Positions 11,040-21,790 of a stretch of 64,000 bases of DNA are shown piece by piece. Source of the DNA: Novakomyces olei (taxonomy: Eukaryota); contig JADEYG010000015.1 of assembly GCA_016906335.1 (NCBI GenBank), positions 1,054,001 through 1,118,000 of the forward strand, in the 5' to 3' direction. The notes under the pieces were generated by a model. The model was not told the DNA's origin and made no database searches. It saw nothing but the letters and a program-made list of their open reading frames with translations. Each line of letters opens with the position of its first letter. Positions within the stretch are counted from its first letter, which is position 1. A program made the translations under genes and the position numbers.

Positions 11040-13189
11040 ATGGCCGGCATTGAAGGTTCAAAGCGTCCAATAGCCCCGAATGTTGATATTGTGGGCCGCC
11101 AATTGACCCTGAAAATGGTCAGAGCATCAGAGAGCTGCGTTTTTGATGATAATAAAAGATCGGGTTCAAGTGCGGCATTAGTTACAGAGCCCTTAGATGG
11201 TGGTGGACGACAGGGTAAAGAATACTTGGCCCAATGATCACGATCTAACCTTGAAGTCATCCCTCTCTCAAAGAATACCATGCTTTCCGTGGGTCGGCAT
11301 TCAGACTGGTAAGATGGTCATTTTGTTGGTACTAAGACTAGTCAATACCGAATCGGAGCCGCCACTGTGAGCGCATATCAATTTCAAGTGATACCGGTGT
11401 GTAATGCTTCCATGCTCTATGATTTTTAGTCAGCTATTTTGACTTTTATCCGTACTGGAGAGTCTACTATTTCCAAGACTTTGCTTGCTGTCCGTTGGCT
11501 GCGCTTTTGGTTTCAGGTCTGTTTTGCTGAGCGTTCTTCGAAACCTGATTAGTCGTGTATTGGACAAGGCAGCGGGCAAGCGACTGATAACGAGTGTTTA
11601 TTCCAATCTTTATTCGGCTGCCATCCTCTGTGCTTGCCTGCACTACTTTGACATGCCCTGCTTTTATGCCTGCTCTCTATCAATTGGCTCTAGTCCCTAG
11701 CTTTTCCTTGGAGCTTTTTTCGCTATTTGTATGCTTCCTTGCTCATATTAAAAATCAGACTGTTTTCAGTGACGAAATTGATACCATTTTCTATTGCCGG
11801 GACACATCGACTAACGGCACATACGTTAATGGCGTACGTATTCCACAGTACCGTGCATTTATCCTACAAGATGGTGATCGTATCGAAATCAGGAGCAGCC
11901 AAACCTTTACATTTCATCATTGTCGGCAGCATCCCGTCCAGGTTGATCAGCAATTGGCTGTGCCTGGATATGATGTACAGCCGCTGCTGCTAGGCCTAGG
12001 CTCGTTTGCTAAAGTACTGTATTGAAGTTTATCGATATACTCGTGCTTGCTCTCTTGTTGTCGTTTGCTAATCAGAGATATATCTCTCTCGTTGTATTGC
12101 ATCTCGCCGCCAGGCAGCGTGCAAAGCGATTCTCGTTGGAAATACAAAAGAAGGGAGTATGCGACGTTTGTTTGCTAGACGCGAACTACAGGCGCTACAA
12201 GCTCTAGATCACCCTAATATTGTACGCTACTATGCTCACGAGGAAAGCCCTAAGCATTTGTATGCATATAATTCTTTAAAAAACTACTGACGTGCTTAGC
12301 TTGATAATGATGGAACTAGTCTGTGGAGGGGACCTTTTCAGCTTTGTTCAGCAGTCAGGAGGAGCAGTTGCTGAAGATATGGCAAGATTGCTCTCGATGC
12401 AGATACTGCATGCTCTTGAACATTTGCATTTGCGCAATATTGTACATCGGGACCTTAAGCTGGAGAACATTTTACTAGAGCGAACATTTCATGAAAAAGC
12501 TGGCGGAGGTTCCCTCCGTGTAATACTAACTGACTTTGGTGCTTCTTTTCTACAGCCTTCTCCCAACTGTCGCATGAAAACGAAAATCGGAACGGTAATT
12601 AATGCTATCGTGTTTATTGTTTATGCGATTTATTTTATTTAATTCCATCGTCTGAACGCTTTTCTACCAGTCTGAATACATCTTACAACTAGAGGGAGTA
12701 CTCTGCGCCAGAGCTCGTGGAAAATGGCACCAATGGATACGGTCAGGAGGTGGACATCTGGTCCTTTGGAGTAATTTTGTCCTTCTTGTTGACGGGCTTT
12801 GCGTTACCCAAGTTCCCGGGAACTTTACTCCAGAGCAAGTCAGGCTATGACGAGTTTCTAGCACAGCAGTTTGGCAGCCATGAAGGTCCGTGGAGGACTA
12901 CGAGTGAACAAGGTACAATTCTTAAAAGGTTTCTTCTTTATTAAATTTTCTTCTTTATTTGGTTTTGATTCCTTTAGCTTTGCAAGTATTGAAAAGTTCT
13001 GTACGTGTGGATCCAGAGCAGCGTGCATGCTGCACCGAGCTGCTGGCTCTGCCATGGTTCCGAGATCGCCAGCAACAGCTTGACCAGATGTACTATTGCA
13101 TGCTGAAAGCAGCAGATCGAGACGCAATTAGTGCGAAAAAAATAAGCGTGGAACGCAAAAGAAAGCGGTCGCTCTCGCTTGAGCTATAA
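11040..13189 (+). CDS. MEK1: FHA-domain Ser/Thr kinase, Mek1/Chk2-like, multi-exon (~7 introns)
   Basis: Spliced FHA (VGRHSD, DTSTNGTYVNG) and kinase motifs (GLGSFAK, AACK, HPNIV, HRDLKLENILL, DFG, YSAPE, DIWSFG). Start codon uncertain: 11040 or the next in-frame ATG. Confidence 0.8.
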
Positions 13190-13393
13190 CTACCGTTAAT
13201 TAGTAGGACCAGTCGCCATTTTTTCCAATGACGATTCAACTAGAGACAGCAACAAGTGATTTTTGTGTATCCTCAGTTCGATCCTGTGCTCTGGTAGAAT
13301 CGAAACCTGAATAATATCTTTTACGTTTCATCAGTAAAGTCAGTATAGTGACATTTCTGCAAATTAATCATAATTGCCGAAACCTGTGATCCA

Positions 13394-14737
13394 CTAATAT
13401 CTGCTCTGTGCTTCACATACAGCCGTCCATTTCGCAATTATGGCCACAACCACATCAAGTTCTTGTGCAGGTACAAGGAACCATTCACGGTGTTCTGTGT
13501 TGCATCCGCTGCAAGTAATCGGGCTCGGATCGCGGTAAAGCGAGCCAAGTTCGAGATGGATTAAATGCTCTGCTCTATGTGAAAGCTTGCATGCATGATG
13601 AGCAAGCAGTCTCGGCTCGTACCCACATTGCTGAGACCACTGGTACATTCTCCGCTGTACATTCACAGCGCGGCCTACTTTTATATGGAAATGAGTTGCG
13701 CTCTGTCGCTGTCTTTGCTTGCCAATCACTGTAAAAATGTAAATAAATCCCGATATATCTCCAGGCGAAGGCGGCTTGGTCAGTTCAAGCAAAATTGTCC
13801 TTTTCACAGTCTCATCGACCACACGTCCATCAATTGCCACTGCCGAGCAGGGCAGTTTTATTGCAGACGGAGAACACGTTTCCCCCTTTTCTGCCACCAC
13901 TTTTGCCGCCACTACTTTTACCGTCCGCGCTTTTGCCGTCTGCACTTTTTCCGCATGGCTGGGCAAATGATCACTCTGTGCCAGTTTAGAGGGACGCTGC
14001 TCTTTAGAACAAGCGGGGACTCCTTGTCGCTTCGTGTTCACGCAACTCAGAGCGGCCAATGCTCGTGAAAATGCTATATAAATTCGTCTAAGCACATTGG
14101 ATTTTGAAGGCTTGCACTGTGATCCGTAGCCCTTGACGTCATACGCATTTGGCCCTTCGGACAAGGAGGGCCTAACAGAACAGGGGACTGTTTCTCGCGG
14201 GTATTGCCTTGGAGGTTTGGCCCGTACTGACGACTTTAGCGTATTAGCATTTCTCGAATTAGCATTTCTCGAATTAGCATTTCTCGTATTATCCCTCTGC
14301 CACTGAGCTTCACGTCCTCGTATAGCTTTGGCACTAGCATTTCCATTCCCTGTTTGGCCCTTGCCCAGATTAGCGTCCCGCTTGTCCTTGAGCTCCCGCA
14401 AAACTAGAGCAGCTCCCCGAGCCTGTGACCGATGCTGGAAACAAAAATAAGGCTGCAAATGTGCCTCAGCGTCCTGTGCTCCGCATGCAGCAAAAGCCAG
14501 CTTTATCGCGTGAGGCGGAGGCCGTATAGATCGACGACAAGGCCGGCCATTGCTTACTGTGATACCGTGGCAGGTATGTGCCGCAAACTTTGAGTCCGAC
14601 CGGCCAAGCTGCACTAAATTCTGGAATTCTGGCGAAGAGATTTGGAACGCATTCGATCTTGATGATCCGGCACTCATGGCTGAGTAGGATTGTCTGCTCG
14701 CGCTCTCGTGCTGTATATTATATGCATTACCAGCCAC
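13394..14737 (-). CDS. MUG113/T5orf172 (DUF1766, GIY-YIG-like) domain protein
   Basis: 'GFIYIF...IKVGRAVNVQRRMYQWSQQC...AEHLIHLEL...CSGCNTEHREWF'; N-terminal C-x-G-x-T...C...FCFQH motif. Confidence 0.82.
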   Translation of the reverse strand: MAGNAYNIQHESASRQSYSAMSAGSSRSNAFQISSPEFQNLVQLGRSDSKFAAHTCHGITVSNGRPCRRSIRPPPHAIKLAFAACGAQDAEAHLQPYFCFQHRSQARGAALVLRELKDKRDANLGKGQTGNGNASAKAIRGREAQWQRDNTRNANSRNANSRNANTLKSSVRAKPPRQYPRETVPCSVRPSLSEGPNAYDVKGYGSQCKPSKSNVLRRIYIAFSRALAALSCVNTKRQGVPACSKEQRPSKLAQSDHLPSHAEKVQTAKARTVKVVAAKVVAEKGETCSPSAIKLPCSAVAIDGRVVDETVKRTILLELTKPPSPGDISGFIYIFTVIGKQRQRQSATHFHIKVGRAVNVQRRMYQWSQQCGYEPRLLAHHACKLSHRAEHLIHLELGSLYRDPSPITCSGCNTEHREWFLVPAQELDVVVAIIAKWTAVCEAQSRY

Positions 14738-15074
14738 CCAAGACTATTTACTCTGAGACAGTACAGTACCCAGGCTTTTCAGATGCTTTTACCTTGCACG
14801 ACGGCCGTCTACGATCCATCGATTTAAGGGCATTTTTTATTGCTCAATACCTCCCTGACTCGAGTACATGCCGCCACACACTCGCACGGTCGGTCATGTG
14901 TATGCTGTAAACATAATCTACGTGTGGGGAGAATTAACCCTAACTAACCCTAACCCTGAGTATTAAAAATATAATTATTTATAGACCTATTACAATGATG
15001 ATTATTACACAGCCCTATCAGATGAATGACCTACTCTTGAAACTTGCCCCAATGCAGAAAACAAACCCAATAGA

Positions 15075-16250
15075 CTACGCGTTCAGCGCAGCAGGCTCTA
15101 AGCCAGTGCTGTTGAACGCGTACCCATGCTTTTGTAGTAACTCTGTATGCTGCTGCCAGTAAGAGTTCCATTGCCATTCGCATTTATTCTCCACCCAGCA
15201 GCCGGCAAAGTGTACGGCAACACGGCCTTCTTGCCATCCAAGATCTCCACCAAATGGATAGGCATTAATTACGCCTAAAGGTACGAGGCCAAGATGCCTG
15301 CGAAACGCTGTACGCTGTGAGATATAGTGATTAAGTAAGGATTGCTCCTTTTGCCCCAAATCGTGATTGTACCGCCACATGTAAGGATCATCCCACACAT
15401 CTAGTAAAATCTCTGTGAATAAACTGCGTCGAAGAAAAAACGAGCCTGCATTCAGCTCATTGTGATCTTGTGTCATGATAATGTCGACATTGTCAATGTC
15501 TTGAGGCTGTATCTCAGTGTACACTTTGGCAGTTTCGCGCTGCCAATTTAAAAGAGTCGCGTTTTGCAGCCGCTGAGCCAAAACATCGGGTCGCAGCAAG
15601 TAGTCCACAAGATTCATTCTATAGTCCATGATAATTGCGTCTAAATCCAACCACCAAACCCACTGTATTTCAGGATGCTTTAAGAATGTATCGCGTATTG
15701 CCGGTATTTTAGACCACACTGGAGACTTGCCCGGCTCCGCATACTCACTTAAATTTGTGTATACAAACCGGTGTCCATGCAAATCTGCATATTCCTGCCG
15801 ATTGCGTAAAATATTGTCCAGTTTACTCGAGAAAAATGAGTTTGGGTTTCCATCAGCTCCTAAAACAATGGCGATATTTTCCGGTCGGAGAGTATGCGAC
15901 GGCGGGGCCGGTGCGAAAGCGCTGCCATGGGAATGAGACTTTAAGGGGACCTGAATGGTTAGTAGTGGCATTGGACAATGAAAAAAGAAAACGACAAAGG
16001 AGCAAAAACGAAACAAAAAAGAATAACTCGAAACGAAAACGAAACGAAAACGAAACGAAAACGAATCAAACAGGAATCAAAAACGAATCACAAAAGAAAC
16101 AAAAAAAAATCAGGCGCTTACTCTCTCCTTTTCAACAGGATCACGTCGCAAAACTGGTTTTACCGACCCAAAGGTCAGAGAAATTGTGATGACGGCAAAC
16201 AGCGCAAGCCCTAAAAGCAGGAACCGACTTCGAGTAATGGAAAAAGCCAT
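15075..16250 (-). CDS. GT34 glycosyltransferase (Mnn10/Mnn11/Gmh galactosyl- or mannosyltransferase family); intron 15951-16121
   Basis: Exon 1 type-II TM anchor MAFSITRSRFLLLGLALFAVITISLTF; 'WSKIPAIR', 'WVWWLDLDAII', 'LNAGSFFLR', 'HFAGCW'. Confidence 0.9.
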
Positions 16251-17084
16251 TGCCCTTCCGCCGCAAGAGTTCTCTATAACCAATTGCTGATCTTTACACA
16301 GACTGGCGAACGGAACGATTGGGCCAGAATCTCTGGCATTCCTTGATCTGCTGTTGTCGCAGTTCTCCTCGTTTCTTCAAAGCCGATAACCCTTTTCAGT
16401 CCACGCGATTTTTGCATTCTAGAATGGGCAATACCTGCGCGCACGTAAATAGATATGCGCTCGAATAAATAAAAGTAAATCGATTACTTTATCCAGCAAT
16501 TGTATGGGAGAAGTCGCAGACAATGAGAGTGCTACTGTTTAAAGCACTCGTAGATTGTCGGCTATATTATTATTAGGCTTCCCAAAGCCAGTCAACTGGT
16601 ATCCGACCCCACTATACGTCTATTCTGTGCGGCACAGGTACCCGTAATCATGGCGAAATGGTACAAACCAGAAACATAAAATGTCTCCTTAAAGATAAAG
16701 CAGGCACATGGCAGCAAATGTAGTTTAAAACATAGTTTAAAACCTTCCCGTATCTTTGGGTGTCACTGAAGCCGTTCATACAAGCAATATTGGAGATTAG
16801 CGGGTGTATTTGGCAACTATGGTGAGAAATACAAGTGTGTCTTGATTAATTAATTTATTCTCTATGATTGGCTAATTGGGTTTAGCCTGGATTTAGCGCG
16901 CCCGTAATCTGTACCAGGCACGAAAATATAATTGGAGGGTAATAAACCCTAAAACAATGAATAGTACAATATGCAAACCGACGCGTGACAAACGATAAAA
17001 AGCCAACCCACAAATAATAACGAACGCACACAAAGCGCAAATGCCACATCCAAACAAATTTGCCACAAAGCACCGTCTCTAAAA

Positions 17085-18635
17085 CTACACCATAACAATG
17101 CACAAAACCGTCGCAACAGCAATAAGCAATAAAGGCACGCCCTGCGTTACGGCTTGAGATACAAAGTAATCTACGCCTGGAGCGTTGCATGTAACCAGCT
17201 CCGTGCCGCTACGTTCACCATAACCCTGCAAATACCCGATAGTGTGGTTCAGCGGACACCTGAATCCCAGTCCAGTGGGACAAGACGAGGCCAGTGACCA
17301 GCATAGGTCAATGCACGGTTTTATTTCGCGATAAGGTCCGGGCGAGACTTCCTGTGATACAAGAGAATTTCGGGATGTATTTGATCGCAAAACAGTGTAA
17401 GACGCATTCGGAGATACGTCAGTGCACCTCGGAATCATGACTGCACAAAGCCAATTCTTATAAGCGGCCGCACAGTCATTACAGTCTTTAATAACGGAGT
17501 ATCGATCGGCTAAAGAAGCATTGCAATTATGCTGTTGTAGGGTTTTAGAAAAATTCGAATATACTGCAGCCGCACGTGAGTCGTAGAGAGCTGCGAGACT
17601 ATCCGCACCAGGAAATCGGTCCATGTTTCCGGGCACAGCGTAAGCCACTTGCTCACAGAAATCAAGGTCATATATAACACGGCATCCCGTGCTCTCCTTT
17701 GTACGCAGCAACGTTGGGGGATAAGCAATCCCACCTTGCCCGTTAGACGCAGGTAGGGTTAAATAAGCGTTATACGAAGAAGAAGCATTCAACCCGTGCG
17801 CGTAAAACTGCTCCTTTGGGATATCGCCAAGACCGCGCGTTGTCATACTGCGATCTGCATTCGCCCAATTCAAAAGAGCCGCAGATTGTTGCATTGCGCA
17901 AAACGAACGGTGCAAAGCGGATCTCTGCGCACTATCTGCAGCTGGCTGTAAGAAGATTTGAAAATCTGGAAGAACTGAAGTATTGTGCAACCAGGTCAAG
18001 TTGCCCGTACTTAAGAGGGCCGCACTGTAATCAGTATCCTGAACAAAGAGAAACTTTTCCGCGTGGAAAGAGTGTATAGGTGCGCGTGTAGACACACCAA
18101 TTTGGTAGGCAAAAGTATCGTCAGCGTTGCCGGCAGTAGAATTGCTGTCTCCCGTACCGTCAGAGGGAGCTTCTACTCCGATACGGACACTGTACCGCTC
18201 CAAATCATCAGTGGCTCCTGAATCCGCCACGGCTCCCAGATCAAGTGTTATATTCGCCAGTCCATAGACAGTAGGCTCCTGGATCCGTGTTCCATTATTG
18301 ACAAATAGGGTTAGTACACCGCTCTCCGGGGCAGAGCACACGTTCAGCGTTATCCACACAGTTTCATTGATGTACCCTGTAAACTCGTACAGATCAGTGG
18401 CACCGGGAAGGACTGCAGCATTATGAGCAATGCCGTCCATCAATGACGTGGTCGCGTTTGCCTGCCGCGTCCATAGCTGATGTGCCCACTCGCCGGCCGC
18501 TCGCAGATACGTGGCCGCCTCTGACAGTGCATTTGCCTCGGGAAAACCATAATCTTGCACAGGGTTTTTAAGAGACTCTGCTGCTGACGATAAGGTAACA
18601 AGTGCCGCCGTCAGTATTGTGCAGAGGACTCGCAT
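17085..18635 (-). CDS. MID1: Stretch-activated Ca2+ channel subunit Mid1 (Yam8/Ehs1)
   Basis: Signal peptide, many N-glycosylation sites, Cys-rich C-terminus 'FCEQVAYAVP...CAAAYKNWLCAVMIPRC...PCIDLC...SCP'. Confidence 0.9.
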   Translation of the reverse strand: MRVLCTILTAALVTLSSAAESLKNPVQDYGFPEANALSEAATYLRAAGEWAHQLWTRQANATTSLMDGIAHNAAVLPGATDLYEFTGYINETVWITLNVCSAPESGVLTLFVNNGTRIQEPTVYGLANITLDLGAVADSGATDDLERYSVRIGVEAPSDGTGDSNSTAGNADDTFAYQIGVSTRAPIHSFHAEKFLFVQDTDYSAALLSTGNLTWLHNTSVLPDFQIFLQPAADSAQRSALHRSFCAMQQSAALLNWANADRSMTTRGLGDIPKEQFYAHGLNASSSYNAYLTLPASNGQGGIAYPPTLLRTKESTGCRVIYDLDFCEQVAYAVPGNMDRFPGADSLAALYDSRAAAVYSNFSKTLQQHNCNASLADRYSVIKDCNDCAAAYKNWLCAVMIPRCTDVSPNASYTVLRSNTSRNSLVSQEVSPGPYREIKPCIDLCWSLASSCPTGLGFRCPLNHTIGYLQGYGERSGTELVTCNAPGVDYFVSQAVTQGVPLLLIAVATVLCIVMV

Positions 18636-18807
18636 GCTTGGCGAGCATGGGTGACGAAAAGTGTGCTCCGTTAAGGACTCGGGCTCTTTTAATTTGTATG
18701 TAAAACAGTATTATTTTATTGTTTTATTGTTTTTAATATTATTTAATTCTATTATACTAGAGCCTATTGAATAGAATTATAAACTATAATAATAATTAAT
18801 TAATTAA

Positions 18808-18904
18808 TAAACAAACAAACAAACAAACAAACAAACAAATAAATAAATAAATAAATAAATAATTGATTAATTATTTATTTATTCATTCATTCATTCATTC
18901 ATTC
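18808..18904. repeat. Compound microsatellite (AAAC)n(AAAT)n...(ATTC)n
   Basis: Read directly in the divergent MID1/RPT3 intergenic region. Confidence 0.9.
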
Positions 18905-19073
18905 TTATATTCATAATGGAAGAACTGCTAATATTTAGCAAGTAACACACTGTGCCCAAGATTTATTCGTCTCAATGCAATACTATAGTATAGATGATAT
19001 GCGAGAGTATAAGCGATTACGTCTCTATCCTATTCCACTATACATCATCGGGACGCGCAATCAGTCACAGATA

Positions 19074-20291
19074 ATGGCAGTGGTGGAGAAGGCACCAGTG
19101 CCGCGCAGCGGCTTTGCCCTTCCGCCTGATGTTACACAAGAGTCAGATTTATATGCCCGTTTGAAGCGGCTGCAAAAGCATCTGGAAATGCTGAGGCTGC
19201 AAGAAGATTTTATAAAGGACGACAGTAAGAGTCTCAAGCGCGAACTCGTCCGAGCGCAAGAGGAGGTCAAACGCATACAAAGTGTTCCGCTTGTGATTGG
19301 ACAGTTCTTAGAACCGATCGACGGCAATACGGGGATCGTTGCCTCCACAACTGGCTCTAATTACGTCGTCCGTATCCTTTCTACTCTGGATCAAGAACTG
19401 CTAAAGCCATCCGCCAGCGTTGTCCTGCACCGGCACTCTAATGCTCTTGTTGATATCTTACCTCCGGAAGCAGACTCGTCTATAACAATGCTGGGCGATG
19501 ATGAAAAGCCGGACGTAACGTACGCTGACGTGGGCGGGTTGGACGTGCAAAAGCAGGAGATACGTGAGGCGGTTGAGCTTCCGCTCACTCAGGGCGATCT
19601 GTACCGCCAGATCGGCATTGATCCACCACGAGGAGTCTTGTTATATGGGCCTCCAGGTACGGGTAAAACTATGCTGGTCAAAGCAGTGGCAAACAGCACA
19701 ACTGCTAAATTTATTCGCGTGGTGGGGTCCGAGTTTGTGCAAAAGTATCTCGGTGAGGGTCCGCGTATGGTACGCGACGTTTTTCGACTCGCCCGGGAAA
19801 ACGCTCCCGCAATTATATTCATTGATGAAATTGACGCTATTGCCACAAAGCGGTTTGACGCACAGACTGGTGCTGATCGTGAAGTACAGCGTATTTTGAT
19901 TGAGCTTTTGGCGCAAATGGACGGCTTTGACCAGACGAGTAACGTAAAGGTCATTATGGCTACGAACCGTGCGGACACACTTGACCCGGCTCTTTTGCGG
20001 CCGGGTCGTTTAGATCGCAAGATAGAGTTCCCCGTGGCTGATCGTCGTCAGCGAAGGCTTATTTTCTCTACTATTGCGGCCAAGATGGCGCTTTCGCCCG
20101 AGGTTGACCTTGATTCTTTTATCCTGAGACCAGATGCTACAAGTGGCGCACAAATTGCGGCTATTATGCAAGACGCTGGCCTGCTTGCGGTAAGAAAGTC
20201 GAGAAGTGTCATACTGCAGAGCGATATTGAGGAAGCATACCAGCGGGGTGTGAAGCCCTCGGACCAAGATACACCCGAGTTTTACAAGTAA
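19074..20291 (+). CDS. RPT3: 26S proteasome AAA ATPase Rpt3
   Basis: '[19 protein letters not shown]', GPPGTGKT, '[15 protein letters not shown]'. Likely start 19074; an upstream in-frame ATG lies at 18975. Confidence 0.96.
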   Translation: MAVVEKAPVPRSGFALPPDVTQESDLYARLKRLQKHLEMLRLQEDFIKDDSKSLKRELVRAQEEVKRIQSVPLVIGQFLEPIDGNTGIVASTTGSNYVVRILSTLDQELLKPSASVVLHRHSNALVDILPPEADSSITMLGDDEKPDVTYADVGGLDVQKQEIREAVELPLTQGDLYRQIGIDPPRGVLLYGPPGTGKTMLVKAVANSTTAKFIRVVGSEFVQKYLGEGPRMVRDVFRLARENAPAIIFIDEIDAIATKRFDAQTGADREVQRILIELLAQMDGFDQTSNVKVIMATNRADTLDPALLRPGRLDRKIEFPVADRRQRRLIFSTIAAKMALSPEVDLDSFILRPDATSGAQIAAIMQDAGLLAVRKSRSVILQSDIEEAYQRGVKPSDQDTPEFYK

Positions 20292-20444
20292 AGGAAACGT
20301 TTTGAAACGTTGTTTATTCATGAATGCATCATAGTAACATCCTTTCATGGCACGTAGGCTGTAAGAAGAATAAAGAGGTACACTAATAGTAAGGCATTGT
20401 ACAACGGCTCCGCCGGCATTAAATTTTAACTTGAGCTTGGAGGA

Positions 20445-21128
20445 TCAGCGAGTCAAGGCACCAGGCCGTTCCTCATCGATTTGCCCAATTTCTAGGGGAA
20501 CCTGAATATCGAGCTTTGTCTTGTTAGTCTCTCCTTTCCTTGGCAAAACTCACATTGAGATACATTGTACGAGAGGGAACGACAACGCGTAGTCCACGGG
20601 GCTCAAATATAGACTTGTTGCACTCGTCCACGTACGCGTCCAGCTGGCGCAGAGTACGGTTAACGTGGCGCGGCATAATGTATTCGCTCAGGGAAAGCGT
20701 CCATACGCCGAGACAGCATTCGAGCACGTTGAGCCAGTGCGATGGTGAAAACGCCAGATCCAAGCGCGTATTGACTTGGCTTATAAAACGCGTTAAATCT
20801 TCACTTGGTAAAGATCCCTCCAGGGCGTGAGGGAAGGCGGTACTAAACTGAGGCGTCCAGTCTCCGTTTACTGTGTAGTCGCGCTCAATACGGACTACAT
20901 AATCACTAATGCCGCCGCTAAAGGCATTGAGTTGAATCCCTTGCCGCGGCGCTGGCGCCTTTTCGCGGCGCCCGATATCGTTGGTGGCGGCCGCGTCTGG
21001 CACGGTGGCAGTTGATCAAAGAACGGAGTCGAGCTGCGCTGTCTGACTCTGGATCATTAGCAATGAATAATCAAGACTGCTGCTTTGATCGGGTAATAGA
21101 CTCACGGGCCCCGTGTCCGTTTATCCAT
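20445..21128 (-). CDS. ERF4: Erf4/Golgin A7 family Ras palmitoylation subunit; 5' structure unresolved; 3' intron 20514-20553
   Basis: 'VVRIERDY...PQFSTAFP..LEG...FISQVNTRL..AFSP...N...EPRGL...MYLN|LDIQVP'. Confidence 0.75.
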
Positions 21129-21790
21129 GGCTGTATTACAAGTAATGTAAATCGTACATGTACTTTTTATACGTGCAAGCTAGTTGGCATAATAACTGCG
21201 ATAACAACTAGTTGAAGTAATTAATATTATTATTATATAATTGATATTATATAATTAATATTATATAATGCCTATAGATGACCGCGTACGAAATAATTTC
21301 CCATTACTTTCTGTAATGCTCTGCGCAATCCAATGAAAATGCAACTTGATAGACCACTCTGCCCCATATATAATATTTGCGCTACGCGTAAAGTCTCGCT
21401 GAATTAATATTAATACGTCTATTGATTAATACGTCTTTTAATTAATACGTCTAATAACTACTAAACAATTGAGGTTGTGCGCTCACAGGCAGCAGGATTT
21501 GGGACCATCCTCAAGCGGCACCGACAAGATCGTTCCAACAATTGTCTGTAAGCCAATTCAGCTTGTGCTCTGAGGCAAAAGCATTTAGAAAAAGGCCTGA
21601 CCGAATAAGGGATTGGAAGCATAGGATAGTATTCACTGTAAAAGGGGATTCAGCCACGGCGAAAGGGCTCTAAATTAAGGTAATTGCCAGGAACGGTGTG
21701 TTTGCAACACGTGCAAAGCCGGGCTGTTGGGCCAATTGCGTCACAGAATTAATTGCTTTTTAGCGCCAATCGCTGTGAGGTTGATGTGCC

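Noticed and set aside
19062-19069. Exact Homol D box CAGTCACA before RPT3
   Set aside because: Only 4 nt from the ATG, too close to be a core promoter element.
18975-19073. N-terminal extension of Rpt3
   Set aside because: AT-rich and unlike known Rpt3; the ATG at 19074 gives a typical length.
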